NCBI RefSeq assembly: GCF_001462395.1
Contig: NZ_LNTB01000001.1
Location: forward strand, 1,350,001 to 1,382,000
From: Pyrodictium occultum
GTDB lineage: Archaea; Thermoproteota; Thermoprotei_A; Sulfolobales; Pyrodictiaceae
Length of the DNA: 32,000 nucleotides
Direction: 5' to 3'
Part shown: one piece after another, positions 22,303-29,743 of the stretch
Position numbering within the stretch: the first letter of the stretch is position 1
How the letters are laid out: each line of letters begins with the position of its first letter
Translations under genes and position numbers: made by a program
Notes under the pieces: generated by a model
What the model saw: the letters and a program-made list of their open reading frames with translations, nothing else
The model's database searches: none
Told to the model about the DNA's origin: nothing

Positions 22303-24075
22303 TTAGGGCTTGGCTGCAAGCAGCCATTTGAGCAGCAGCGCCACTCCTACCGCGGCTGCTATGCCGCCCGCCGCGTAGGCTGCTGCGCGGCCGTGGCCAC
22401 CGCCGGGGCTGGGGCTAGCCGTGGCCGCTGGCGTGCTGGAGGCTGCCGGGAGGGTTGTCGACGCCGGGGTTCCTGTGGCTGCCGCCGTTGTGGTTGCGCC
22501 CGCTGTCGTCGTTGTCCCTGTAGTGGACCCTGTAGTGGGCGTGGCTGTTGTGGCCGCTGTGGTAGATGTAGTGGTGGTGATTGTAGCTGTTGTCGAGGTT
22601 GTAGTCGTGGCCGGCGCGGTTGTAGTAGTGGTTGTGGTGGCTGGCGGCGTGGCCGTCGTGGAAGGCTGGCCCTGGCTGCTCTCACCCCCTATCACAACCA
22701 CCACGCTGCCCAGCTCCGGGAGCGGGGCGTGGCTGGGATGGATGCTGACCTCGCTGCCCGCAGGGATGAGCCTCGCCTCCTCCGGCACTATGCCTGGGGC
22801 CACGCTGCCCGCCTGCTCTATGGCCGGCTGCGCCGCAGTGTAGGCTGCTGAGACCGCGGTGAGGGCGTTGGACGCGTCTCGGGCGGGACTGCCCGTGGTG
22901 TTGGCGGTGTGGAGCCTGTAGCCCGTGTAGTCGAGCACCAGGTCGGCCCTATCCATGTGGAGCGCCAGCCTGGCCTCTACGGCCGCCTCGCCGGGGGCCC
23001 TGACGAGCCCCGGCGGGGTGGCTGAGACCAGCTCGTGGAGCGCCGTTAGCCAGCCTAGCGGGAGGGGCGCTATCTGGACCGGGAGCTGGGCCCCGATCCC
23101 GGCGCCGGGGGCCCCGGGGTAGGGGGCCGCCGCTCTCGCCGCTAGCACTGCCACTAGGTGCTCCAGGGCCGGCGCCGCCCTGGCGGCGATGCTACTCGCG
23201 TTCTCCAGGTCCCCCATGTGGGTGTCAATGTAGCTGAGCGATGCCCTCAACGAGGCGCCTCTCGATTCCTCGCTGGCGTTGAGGCTGAAGGAGCCGTTGA
23301 CGCTTATGTCGGAGCCCAGCATATCCCTTATCGCTGCCACGTCGCCCGCGCTGAGCCCCATGCCTGCGGCCGACTCCAGCATCGCGTCGGCGTCTATGGC
23401 TAGCGCCAGGTGGAGGAGTACCCTGCCGTCGCTCTGCTCGCTGGCGCTAAGCTCTCTCACCCTTAGGTAGCTTATCCCCTGGACCGCCAGCAGCATGTTC
23501 AGCTGGCTCGCCGGGGGCAGCTGGCCTGGGTCCACGCTGCCACTGGGCAGAAGCAGCCTGGCATCCACCAGGATCTCGGAGGCGTTGGAGAGCGTTACCC
23601 TCAGCTCCTCCAGGCCCAGCCTGGTCTCGCTGCCGCCGCTCACCGCCACCAGGCCGCCGCTGGCCACAGCCTCCCCGCTGCCGTTGCTGTAGCTGTAGCT
23701 GCCGTTCAGCCTGAAAACCGCGCTGCCATTCTCCACCGGCTTGGAGAAGGCCAGCTGGGCTGTAGCGTTGAGCACATGGCGCTCGAGCGAGCCGTTATAG
23801 TACGTAGTGTAGCTGGCGTTAACCGTTCCCTCGGCGCCCGTCCCCTTGACGGGGTAGAAGCTGGCCTCGAGATGGTAGACCGGCCTTATCGAGCCATCCG
23901 GGTAGACGAGTATGGCTAGCGTCGAGTTGTGGACCTCCACGCGGAGCCCGGCCGCCTGCTGGGCCCCCGCCGGGGCCATGGGCGCGGGGACGAGGAGGAT
24001 CAGGGAGAGGAGCGCCACGGCTGCGAGGCGCGCCGCCCTGGCATGGTACGGGGTATGCCTAGCTATGTCTTCCAC
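22303..24075 (-). CDS. Secreted, C-terminally membrane-anchored surface glycoprotein candidate (unknown family)
   Basis: 590 aa. The N-terminal signal-like segment is RLAAVALLSLILLVPAPMAPAGAQQ. I count 12 N-x-S/T sequons by hand. An 88-aa Thr/Pro/Ala stalk is followed by the hydrophobic anchor AAYAAGGIAAAVGVALLLKWLLAAKP. Confidence 0.75.
   Translation of the reverse strand: MEDIARHTPYHARAARLAAVALLSLILLVPAPMAPAGAQQAAGLRVEVHNSTLAILVYPDGSIRPVYHLEASFYPVKGTGAEGTVNASYTTYYNGSLERHVLNATAQLAFSKPVENGSAVFRLNGSYSYSNGSGEAVASGGLVAVSGGSETRLGLEELRVTLSNASEILVDARLLLPSGSVDPGQLPPASQLNMLLAVQGISYLRVRELSASEQSDGRVLLHLALAIDADAMLESAAGMGLSAGDVAAIRDMLGSDISVNGSFSLNASEESRGASLRASLSYIDTHMGDLENASSIAARAAPALEHLVAVLAARAAAPYPGAPGAGIGAQLPVQIAPLPLGWLTALHELVSATPPGLVRAPGEAAVEARLALHMDRADLVLDYTGYRLHTANTTGSPARDASNALTAVSAAYTAAQPAIEQAGSVAPGIVPEEARLIPAGSEVSIHPSHAPLPELGSVVVVIGGESSQGQPSTTATPPATTTTTTTAPATTTTSTTATITTTTSTTAATTATPTTGSTTGTTTTAGATTTAAATGTPASTTLPAASSTPAATASPSPGGGHGRAAAYAAGGIAAAVGVALLLKWLLAAKP
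22405..22668 (-). repeat. Low-complexity Thr-codon (ACN) tract encoding the 88-aa Thr/Pro/Ala stalk
   Basis: The plus strand is GTN/GGT-rich (ggtggt, gttgt, gtagt runs). Translation gives TTATPPATTTTTTTAPATTTTSTTATITTTTSTT... The repeat is imperfect and not phased like a CRISPR array. Confidence 0.8.
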
Positions 24076-24480
24076 TCAGTCCTCACATCCACAGCTACCA
24101 CCGCAGCAGCCCTCCTGTGATATAGTGTTAGTATCCTGGAGGCGGGTGAAACTACCCGCTGCCACCGCCGCCCCAGCCCCCGGGGGCTCGTTCAGCCTGA
24201 CCCGGGGCTTGGTTCCCGACTAGACCCTCTATATCCCCGGGCGTCTGCATGGGGTACTGGGAGGGGCCGGCGGGAGGAGACCGTGCAGGCTCCCCCTGGG
24301 GGCCTGCAGCGCTGCAAGAGGGGCAGCGCGGCCAGGGAGGAGCCGGCCCTAAGAGGTTTTATCCCCATGAGATACCGCATAGGAGACGCCGCGGGCCCGG
24401 GCCAGCTGCCCACCCCCCGGGGGCGTCGCGTCCCCCTACGCTCCCTGGAGCGGGCTGGAGTGGAGGATGCTCGGAGGTAG

Positions 24481-25386
24481 GTGCGTGTGCCTATAACTGT
24501 GGCCCTGGTGCATATGAGGCTGAAGCCCCTAGCCAAGAAGTCGAACCTGGAGAAGGCTAGGAAGCTGGTGAAGGAGGCCGCGCTCAAGGGTGCGAGGCTC
24601 GTAGTCCTCCCGGGCTTCGTCAACGTCGGCCCCTTCTTCCTCCACTACCCGCGGACCAGGAACCGGGCTGTAACCAGGAACCAGGCGGAGAGGATACCCG
24701 GCAACACTTTCGAGTATCTCTCCATGGTGGCGCTGGAGAACGGCGTCTACCTGGTGGCGGGCCCCATCATAGAGAGGGCGGGCCCCAAGATATTCCTCAC
24801 AACCGTGGTGATAGCGCCCAACGGCACGCTCCTGGCGAAGTACCGCAAGATAGCGAGCAACGGGCTCGACGAGGAGCTAGGGATAAGCCCGGGCCGCAGC
24901 CTGGTAGTGGTAGACGAGGTCGGCCGGAGCATAGGCCTCCTAGCGGAAGACGACATCTACTACCCGGAGGTGGCCCGCAGCCTCCTCCTCGAGGGCGCGA
25001 CAGTGTTCATAGCGAGCCTCCGGCCCGGGGAGGACGAGCACCGGGTGAAGCTAAGCCTCCTAGCCCGTAGCGTGGAGAACAACGTCCCGATACTCGCGGT
25101 GGGCTCTGTCTTCGAGACCGTGGACAAGATAGTGGAGATGCCCACCATGGTGGTGGAGCCGCAGAGCGGGATAGTGGAGGAGATAAACGAGCCCAAGGAC
25201 ACGTTCCTGCTGGTAGAGGTCATGGAGCAGCCAAGCAACATACGCGACATTATTGATACAAGCCTCCGAGCCAAGGCCCTCTCATCGATATACTGCAAAG
25301 CCGCCAAGGACAGCCTAGTGGAGAACCTTGCAGGCCGCTACAAGCTGGCAACAGGCACCAGTAACGAGGAGAAAGAGCCGACCTAG
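24481..25386 (+). CDS. Carbon-nitrogen hydrolase (nitrilase superfamily) homologue lacking the catalytic Glu and Cys
   Basis: Family blocks are GARLVVLPGF, AKYRKI and IGLLAEDDIYYPEVAR. The canonical E-K-C positions read G-K-E. GGAGG sits at 24473..24477, and the start could be GTG 24481 or GTG 24487. Confidence 0.75.
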   Translation: MRVPITVALVHMRLKPLAKKSNLEKARKLVKEAALKGARLVVLPGFVNVGPFFLHYPRTRNRAVTRNQAERIPGNTFEYLSMVALENGVYLVAGPIIERAGPKIFLTTVVIAPNGTLLAKYRKIASNGLDEELGISPGRSLVVVDEVGRSIGLLAEDDIYYPEVARSLLLEGATVFIASLRPGEDEHRVKLSLLARSVENNVPILAVGSVFETVDKIVEMPTMVVEPQSGIVEEINEPKDTFLLVEVMEQPSNIRDIIDTSLRAKALSSIYCKAAKDSLVENLAGRYKLATGTSNEEKEPT

Positions 25387-25564
25387 GAAGATGTAGAGCA
25401 GCCTCCAACCCGCACCGCTACCAAGTAGCCGCCGGATACAGGGCTGCGAGCATAAAATGCCTGCACCGAGAGCAGCCGCGGCCATGCAGGTGCGGCGAGC
25501 AGATAAAGGAGTGGAGACTCATGCATCACGACGCAGCCGGAGTAAGGGGCCTAAGCAGGCTGCT

Positions 25565-25572
25565 AAAAAGAA
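25565..25572 (-). terminator. Oligo-T termination signal downstream of the substrate-binding-protein gene
   Basis: The minus strand reads TTCTTTTT about 55 nt after the stop at 25627. Oligo-T tracts are the known archaeal terminator signal. Confidence 0.4.
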
Positions 25573-25626
25573 TCTAGAGTTACGTTCATGGCCTGGACCG
25601 GCACCTGATGCAGAGGCCCCCCTCCC

Positions 25627-26997
25627 CTACTGGAGGTTGATGTACCAGCTAAAGCTGTCGCTGGAGTAGTGGTAGACGCCGGCCAGCTTCCAATCGTAGC
25701 CCTGCGGAGTCTTGACCACCACCCATAGGTTGTAGTCGGCGAACGCCCTATCGCCAGCCTTGTCAAGCACTATCCAGCCGGTGGCGCCGAAGTAGTTGTA
25801 GGCAACGTCGGGCAGTATATTCTTGACAGCGGTGGGGTCGTACTTCTGGGTGGCCAGCAGGGATAGGGTCAGCACCCAGGCAGCGTCATACGCTGCCAGG
25901 GCGTAGGTGTCGGGCTCGCGGCCTAGCATCTTCTTGAGCTCGCTTACTATCTTCTCGTACTTCTGGCTCCGGGTGGCAGCGAATATCGGGTTGAGGAACT
26001 TCACCTGGGCGGCGAACTCGGCGGCGGTCGGGTCCTTTATCAGCTCGCTTAGCAGGGCGGTGCCGTCGCTGCCGAACCAGCGGACCTGCTTCAGTATGTC
26101 ATACTGGCTGGCCACCTGGAACACCTGGACTACCTCGTTGAAGCCTATGTAGACTACTGCCACGTGGTCCTTGCCGTACTTCTGTACCGCCTGCTGCACG
26201 AGGCTGGCTAGCCTGTCTACCTCGGTGCTGAACTCCTTGGCCTTGGGGTCGTACCTGGGGCCGTCGATGACCTCTATGCCGAGCTTCTGGGCCTCCTTCT
26301 TAATGGCATCGTGGAGGCCGTCGCCCCAGGCGTCGCCGCGCCACATGATCACTATAGCCTTGGCGCCGAAGTACTTGGCCATCTTGGCTATCACTGGGCC
26401 CTGTATGTTGTCGGTGGGGCAGAAGCGGAACACGTAGTCGTCGGGTATGGCTAGGCTGGGGGCGGTGCTGCTCTGGCTTATGATTAGCAGGTGGTTCTGG
26501 TTGACGTAGTTGAGTATCTGGCGCACCTCGGCGCTGGTCTGGGGGCCTATGAAGAACTTTATGCCCTTAGCGGCCATGGCCTGGACCTTCTGGAGGCAGA
26601 CCTCGGGCTTGGTCTGGGTGTCCTCGACCACTATCTTTATCCTGAAGGGCGCGCCGGCCTTGGCCAGGAAGTTGTTTATATCCTTCTGGGCTAGCTCGAG
26701 AGCTGCCTTACTGTTCTCACCGTAGCTGGCGAGGTCGCCGGTGAGCGGGAGCAGGGCGCCTATCAGCACCTCGCCCTGGAGGCCGCCCGAGGGGGCAGCG
26801 GTGCTGGTTGCCTGCGCCGTCTGCGTCTGCTGCGTTGTCGCCGGCGTGGTGGCGGCCGGCGGGGTACCTGTGGTTGCCGGGGCGCTGGCCGGCGCGCTGG
26901 GGGCGCCGCCTCTGTGGCTGGCCATGTAGGCTGCGAGCGCGACTATAGCGATGACTATTATGGCTGCAGCTGCTGCGGCTACACGGCTGCTCGCCAC
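25627..26997 (-). CDS. Branched-chain amino acid (LivJ/K-like, type 1 periplasmic-binding fold) ABC substrate-binding protein, N-terminally membrane-anchored
   Basis: An N-terminal TM (AAAAAAIIVIAIVALAAY) is followed by a Thr/Pro/Gln linker, then LIGALLPLTGDLASYGENSKAALELAQKDIN, typical of the Leu/Ile/Val-binding family. The GTG start is preceded by GGAGGTGA. Confidence 0.85.
   Translation of the reverse strand: MASSRVAAAAAAIIVIAIVALAAYMASHRGGAPSAPASAPATTGTPPAATTPATTQQTQTAQATSTAAPSGGLQGEVLIGALLPLTGDLASYGENSKAALELAQKDINNFLAKAGAPFRIKIVVEDTQTKPEVCLQKVQAMAAKGIKFFIGPQTSAEVRQILNYVNQNHLLIISQSSTAPSLAIPDDYVFRFCPTDNIQGPVIAKMAKYFGAKAIVIMWRGDAWGDGLHDAIKKEAQKLGIEVIDGPRYDPKAKEFSTEVDRLASLVQQAVQKYGKDHVAVVYIGFNEVVQVFQVASQYDILKQVRWFGSDGTALLSELIKDPTAAEFAAQVKFLNPIFAATRSQKYEKIVSELKKMLGREPDTYALAAYDAAWVLTLSLLATQKYDPTAVKNILPDVAYNYFGATGWIVLDKAGDRAFADYNLWVVVKTPQGYDWKLAGVYHYSSDSFSWYINLQ
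26785..26913 (-). repeat. Low-complexity Thr/Pro/Ala/Gln linker-coding tract in the substrate-binding protein
   Basis: It encodes GGAPSAPASAPATTGTPPAATTPATTQQTQTAQATSTAAPSGG, between the N-terminal TM anchor and the binding domain. Confidence 0.7.
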
Positions 26998-27193
26998 GGC
27001 CTATTCACCTCCACCCACGCGTACGCGACCGTGATTCCTCTGATGGCCGGGGGGTACGGGATTCCCACTCCCTTTTATGTTTTCGAGCCAAGCGCACCCA
27101 TAATTGGTTGCCTAATCATTAATCGTTATCAATAACACTATATGCTTGACCTGTGTGCCGGAATAAGCTCTTTAATACTCTAATGCCCTATTC
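26998..27193. promoter_or_regulatory. Divergent control region between the liv substrate-binding-protein gene and livGFHM
   Basis: This is an AT-enriched spacer. TATA-like elements are CCTTTTATG (27071..27079, minus-strand sense CATAAAAGG) and CTTTAATACT (27170..27179). Small palindromes are TAAT-C-ATTA (27113..27121) and GTTAT-CA-ATAAC (27125..27136). Confidence 0.45.
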
Positions 27194-27211
27194 GTGGGCC
27201 TAGGGTCCTCC

Positions 27212-28015
27212 ATGGAGGCCGTGGCGGGGGAGCGGGTGGAGCCCAGGGAGGGGCACGGCAACGAGTACATACTTGTTGCGGAGAGAATAGTGAAGAGGTT
27301 CGGCGGCCTGGTGGCAGTGGACAATGCCACGGTCAAGATACGCAGGAAGACCATAACGCTGCTGATCGGCCCCAACGGGAGCGGCAAGACCACCCTCCTC
27401 AACGTGATAGCCGGCTACTACCGGCCCGACGGTGGGAGAGTGGTGTTCGAGGGCAGGGATGTGACCGGCCTGCCGCCCCACAGGCTCTACCATCTGGGCA
27501 TGGCCCGGACCTTCCAGGTGCCCCAGCCCTTCCCCAAGCTGACCGTGCTCGAGAACGTCCTCCTCGCTGCGAAGAGGCACCCGGGCGAGTCCTTCACCGC
27601 CCCGCTCGCCCGGGGCAAGTGGCTCCCCGTGGAGGAGGAGCTCGTGGACAAGGCCTTCTCCATACTCAGGCTTGTGGGCCTCGACCATCTCTGGGACCAT
27701 CCGGCGGGGCAGCTGAGCGGCGGCCAGATGAAGCTGCTGGAGATAGCCCGCACCCTCATGAGCGGGGCCAAGCTCGTGCTCATGGACGAGCCTATTGCCG
27801 GCGTTAACCCTACGCTCGCGCATAGGATACTCGACTTTATAGTTAGGCTCCGTGACCAGGGCATAACCTTCTTTATAATAGAGCACAGGCTCGATATAGC
27901 TATGAAGTACGTGGACTACGCCTACGCCATGGCCCGGGGACGGGTCATAGCGGAGGGCAGGCCGGAGGAGGTTGTATCCAACCCGCTCGTAATCGACAGC
28001 TACCTTGGAGGGTGA
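27212..28015 (+). CDS. livG: Branched-chain amino acid ABC transporter ATP-binding protein (LivG-type)
   Basis: Family strings are KRFGGLVAVDNATVKI..LIGPNGSGKTTLLNVIAGYYRPDGG, LSGGQMKLLEIARTL and LVLMDEPIAGVNP. ATG 27212 is preferred; GTG 27194 is an alternative. Confidence 0.85.
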   Translation: MEAVAGERVEPREGHGNEYILVAERIVKRFGGLVAVDNATVKIRRKTITLLIGPNGSGKTTLLNVIAGYYRPDGGRVVFEGRDVTGLPPHRLYHLGMARTFQVPQPFPKLTVLENVLLAAKRHPGESFTAPLARGKWLPVEEELVDKAFSILRLVGLDHLWDHPAGQLSGGQMKLLEIARTLMSGAKLVLMDEPIAGVNPTLAHRILDFIVRLRDQGITFFIIEHRLDIAMKYVDYAYAMARGRVIAEGRPEEVVSNPLVIDSYLGG

Positions 28016-28021
28016 TGAGCC

Positions 28022-28747
28022 GTGCCCAAGCTTGAGCTCCGCGGGGTAAACGCAGGGTATGGTAAGCTCCAGATACTGTTTGACGTCAGCTTCACCGTGC
28101 CCCCGGAGAAGATAACCGTTATAGTGGGGCCCAATGGGAGCGGTAAGAGCACTACGCTGAAGACCATATTCGGGCTCACCACCATCTACAGCGGCGAGGT
28201 ACTCCTCGACGGCAAGAACATAGCCGGCCTGCCGCCTCACAGGATAGCCAAGCTCGGCGTGGCCTACGTGCCGCAGACCAACAATGTGTTCGCCAACCTC
28301 ACCGTCAGGGAGAACCTGTCCATGGCAACCTACGGGCTCGACGAGAACCAGGCCCAGGACCGGGTGGAGGAGGTCCTGGAGCTTTTCCCCCGGCTACGGG
28401 AGAGGATGGGGCAGCGGGCGGGAACGCTTAGCGGCGGCGAGAGGCAGATGCTGGCCATAGCGATAGCATTGATAAGGAGGCCCAAGCTCATACTCTTCGA
28501 CGAGCCCACTGCCGCGCTGGCGCCGAAGATAGCTCTCGAGATACTCGATATAATAGCGAGGCTCCGCGACGAGTACAAGATAACGGTCCTGCTGGTGGAG
28601 CAGAACGCCAGGAAGGCCCTCGAGTACGGCGACCACGCGGTCCTCCTGGTGGGCGGCCGCGTGGCATTCGAGGGAGGGGCGGACGAGCTCCTCAAGCACC
28701 CAGACCTGGCCCGCATGTACCTCGGCCTTGTCAGCAGCGAGGGCTGA
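28022..28747 (+). CDS. livF: Branched-chain amino acid ABC transporter ATP-binding protein (LivF-type)
   Basis: Family strings are LELRGVNAGYGKLQILFDVSF..VGPNGSGKSTTLKTIFG, LSGGERQMLAIAIAL and ILFDEPTAALAP. The GTG start lies 6 nt after the livG stop, with GGAGGGTGATG upstream. Confidence 0.85.
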   Translation: MPKLELRGVNAGYGKLQILFDVSFTVPPEKITVIVGPNGSGKSTTLKTIFGLTTIYSGEVLLDGKNIAGLPPHRIAKLGVAYVPQTNNVFANLTVRENLSMATYGLDENQAQDRVEEVLELFPRLRERMGQRAGTLSGGERQMLAIAIALIRRPKLILFDEPTAALAPKIALEILDIIARLRDEYKITVLLVEQNARKALEYGDHAVLLVGGRVAFEGGADELLKHPDLARMYLGLVSSEG

Positions 28748-28764
28748 GCCGGAGGCCCGGGGCG

Positions 28765-29727
28765 ATGGTGTCGATAATATTCCTCCAGAACAGCCTCATC
28801 TACGCCAACGCTTTGACGCTGCTCGCTATAGGGCTCACGCTGACCTACCTAACCACTAAGATACCCAACTTCGCGCACGGCAGCCTCGCCATCGTGGGCG
28901 CCTACGCGCTGTTCACCGTGGTAGCGGTGTATAGGCATGGAATAGGCCTGGGGTTTGCCGCGTCCTTCCTGGCCGGCGCCCTGGCGGGGCTGCTCCAGTA
29001 TATTCTCGTCCTCCGCACGCTCCAGCGGAGGGGCACTGACCCCCTGGGCCTCATGATATCCACGCTGGGCGTCGACATATTCCTCATAGGCGTTCTCAAC
29101 ATATACGCCGATATACTGACCGGCATGCACCCGGCCACGGGCACGAGCAGGGACTGGAGCCTCCGCGGCATGGTCTCTGGCAGAGTCGCGGGCGCGACGG
29201 AGGGCTTCTGGATCTCCGTCGGTCTCACGCTCGCCGGCCTGGTGGCGCTCTACCTGCTGTTGACAAGGACCAGGCTCGGCGTGGCGATGAGGGCTAGCAT
29301 CGAGAACCCCAGCCTGGCGGAGGTGCTAGGGGTCAACGTGGACCTGGTCTACATGCTCTCCTGGATTATCGCCGGCGGGTTCGCGGGGCTTGCCGGCGGG
29401 CTGCTCTCATTCGTGCTCCGCATCAACCCCGTGGTGGGCAGCGAGGAGGTGGTGAGCGTGTTTGCCGCCAGCATAGTGGGCGGGCTGCAGAGCCTGCTGG
29501 GCGCCGTGCTCGGCGGCTACCTGGTGGGGCTCAGCGAGACCCTCGGCACCGGCATGCTCGCCGAGGCGCTCAACATGCCTGGGCTGGTCGTCTACCGTAA
29601 GGTGGTCTCCCTATCCCTCATAGTTATAGTACTGCTCCTGGCCCCCGAGGGGCTGATGGGGGTCAACTGGAGGAAGTTTGTTAAACGCGTAACCCTGAGG
29701 AGGGAGGAGGCTGTTGAGACAAGCTAG
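28765..29727 (+). CDS. livH: Branched-chain amino acid ABC transporter permease (LivH-type)
   Basis: 320-aa polytopic protein. The N-terminal block LQNSLIYANALTLLAIGLTLTYLTTKIPNFAHGS is typical of LivH. Confidence 0.85.
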   Translation: MVSIIFLQNSLIYANALTLLAIGLTLTYLTTKIPNFAHGSLAIVGAYALFTVVAVYRHGIGLGFAASFLAGALAGLLQYILVLRTLQRRGTDPLGLMISTLGVDIFLIGVLNIYADILTGMHPATGTSRDWSLRGMVSGRVAGATEGFWISVGLTLAGLVALYLLLTRTRLGVAMRASIENPSLAEVLGVNVDLVYMLSWIIAGGFAGLAGGLLSFVLRINPVVGSEEVVSVFAASIVGGLQSLLGAVLGGYLVGLSETLGTGMLAEALNMPGLVVYRKVVSLSLIVIVLLLAPEGLMGVNWRKFVKRVTLRREEAVETS

Positions 29728-29743
29728 GAGGGGGTGATGGGGC

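Noticed and set aside
22405-22668. Repetitive DNA that might be a CRISPR array or a tandem-repeat locus.
   Set aside because: There is no regular repeat-spacer periodicity and no conserved repeat unit. The tract lies in frame inside a long ORF and encodes a Thr/Pro/Ala linker. No cas genes are in the window.
22201-22851. A Cys/Arg/Gly-rich 216-aa plus-strand ORF that superficially resembles a metal-binding or repeat protein.
   Set aside because: It is the antisense reading of the Thr-codon (ACN) stalk tract of the surface-protein gene. Its composition is a direct consequence of that repeat.
24283-24480. A 65-codon ORF (or 38 codons from ATG 24367) that ends 1 nt before the nitrilase-like gene start.
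   Set aside because: By hand count its third-position G/C is only moderately high, at about three quarters. The peptide is Arg/Gly/Pro-rich with no motif, and no start context is convincing. It is kept as a hypothesis under the spacer finding rather than called as a gene.
24076-24480. A possible tRNA or SRP/RNase P-type RNA in the long spacers. The spacers at 15649..15925 and 25387..25626 were examined as well.
   Set aside because: I could not find a T-loop consensus (GGTTCRAATCC or its complement), a cloverleaf arrangement, or the SRP helix-8 GGAA/AGCA motif context. No C/D-box pairs (RUGAUGA...CUGA) are present at sensible spacing.
25457-25669. A 70-aa plus-strand ORF in the convergent spacer after the nitrilase-like gene.
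   Set aside because: It runs into and overlaps the 3' end of the binding-protein gene. It has a basic low-complexity composition and no promoter at a proper distance. The region is better explained as a termination zone, with TTCTTTTT on the minus strand.
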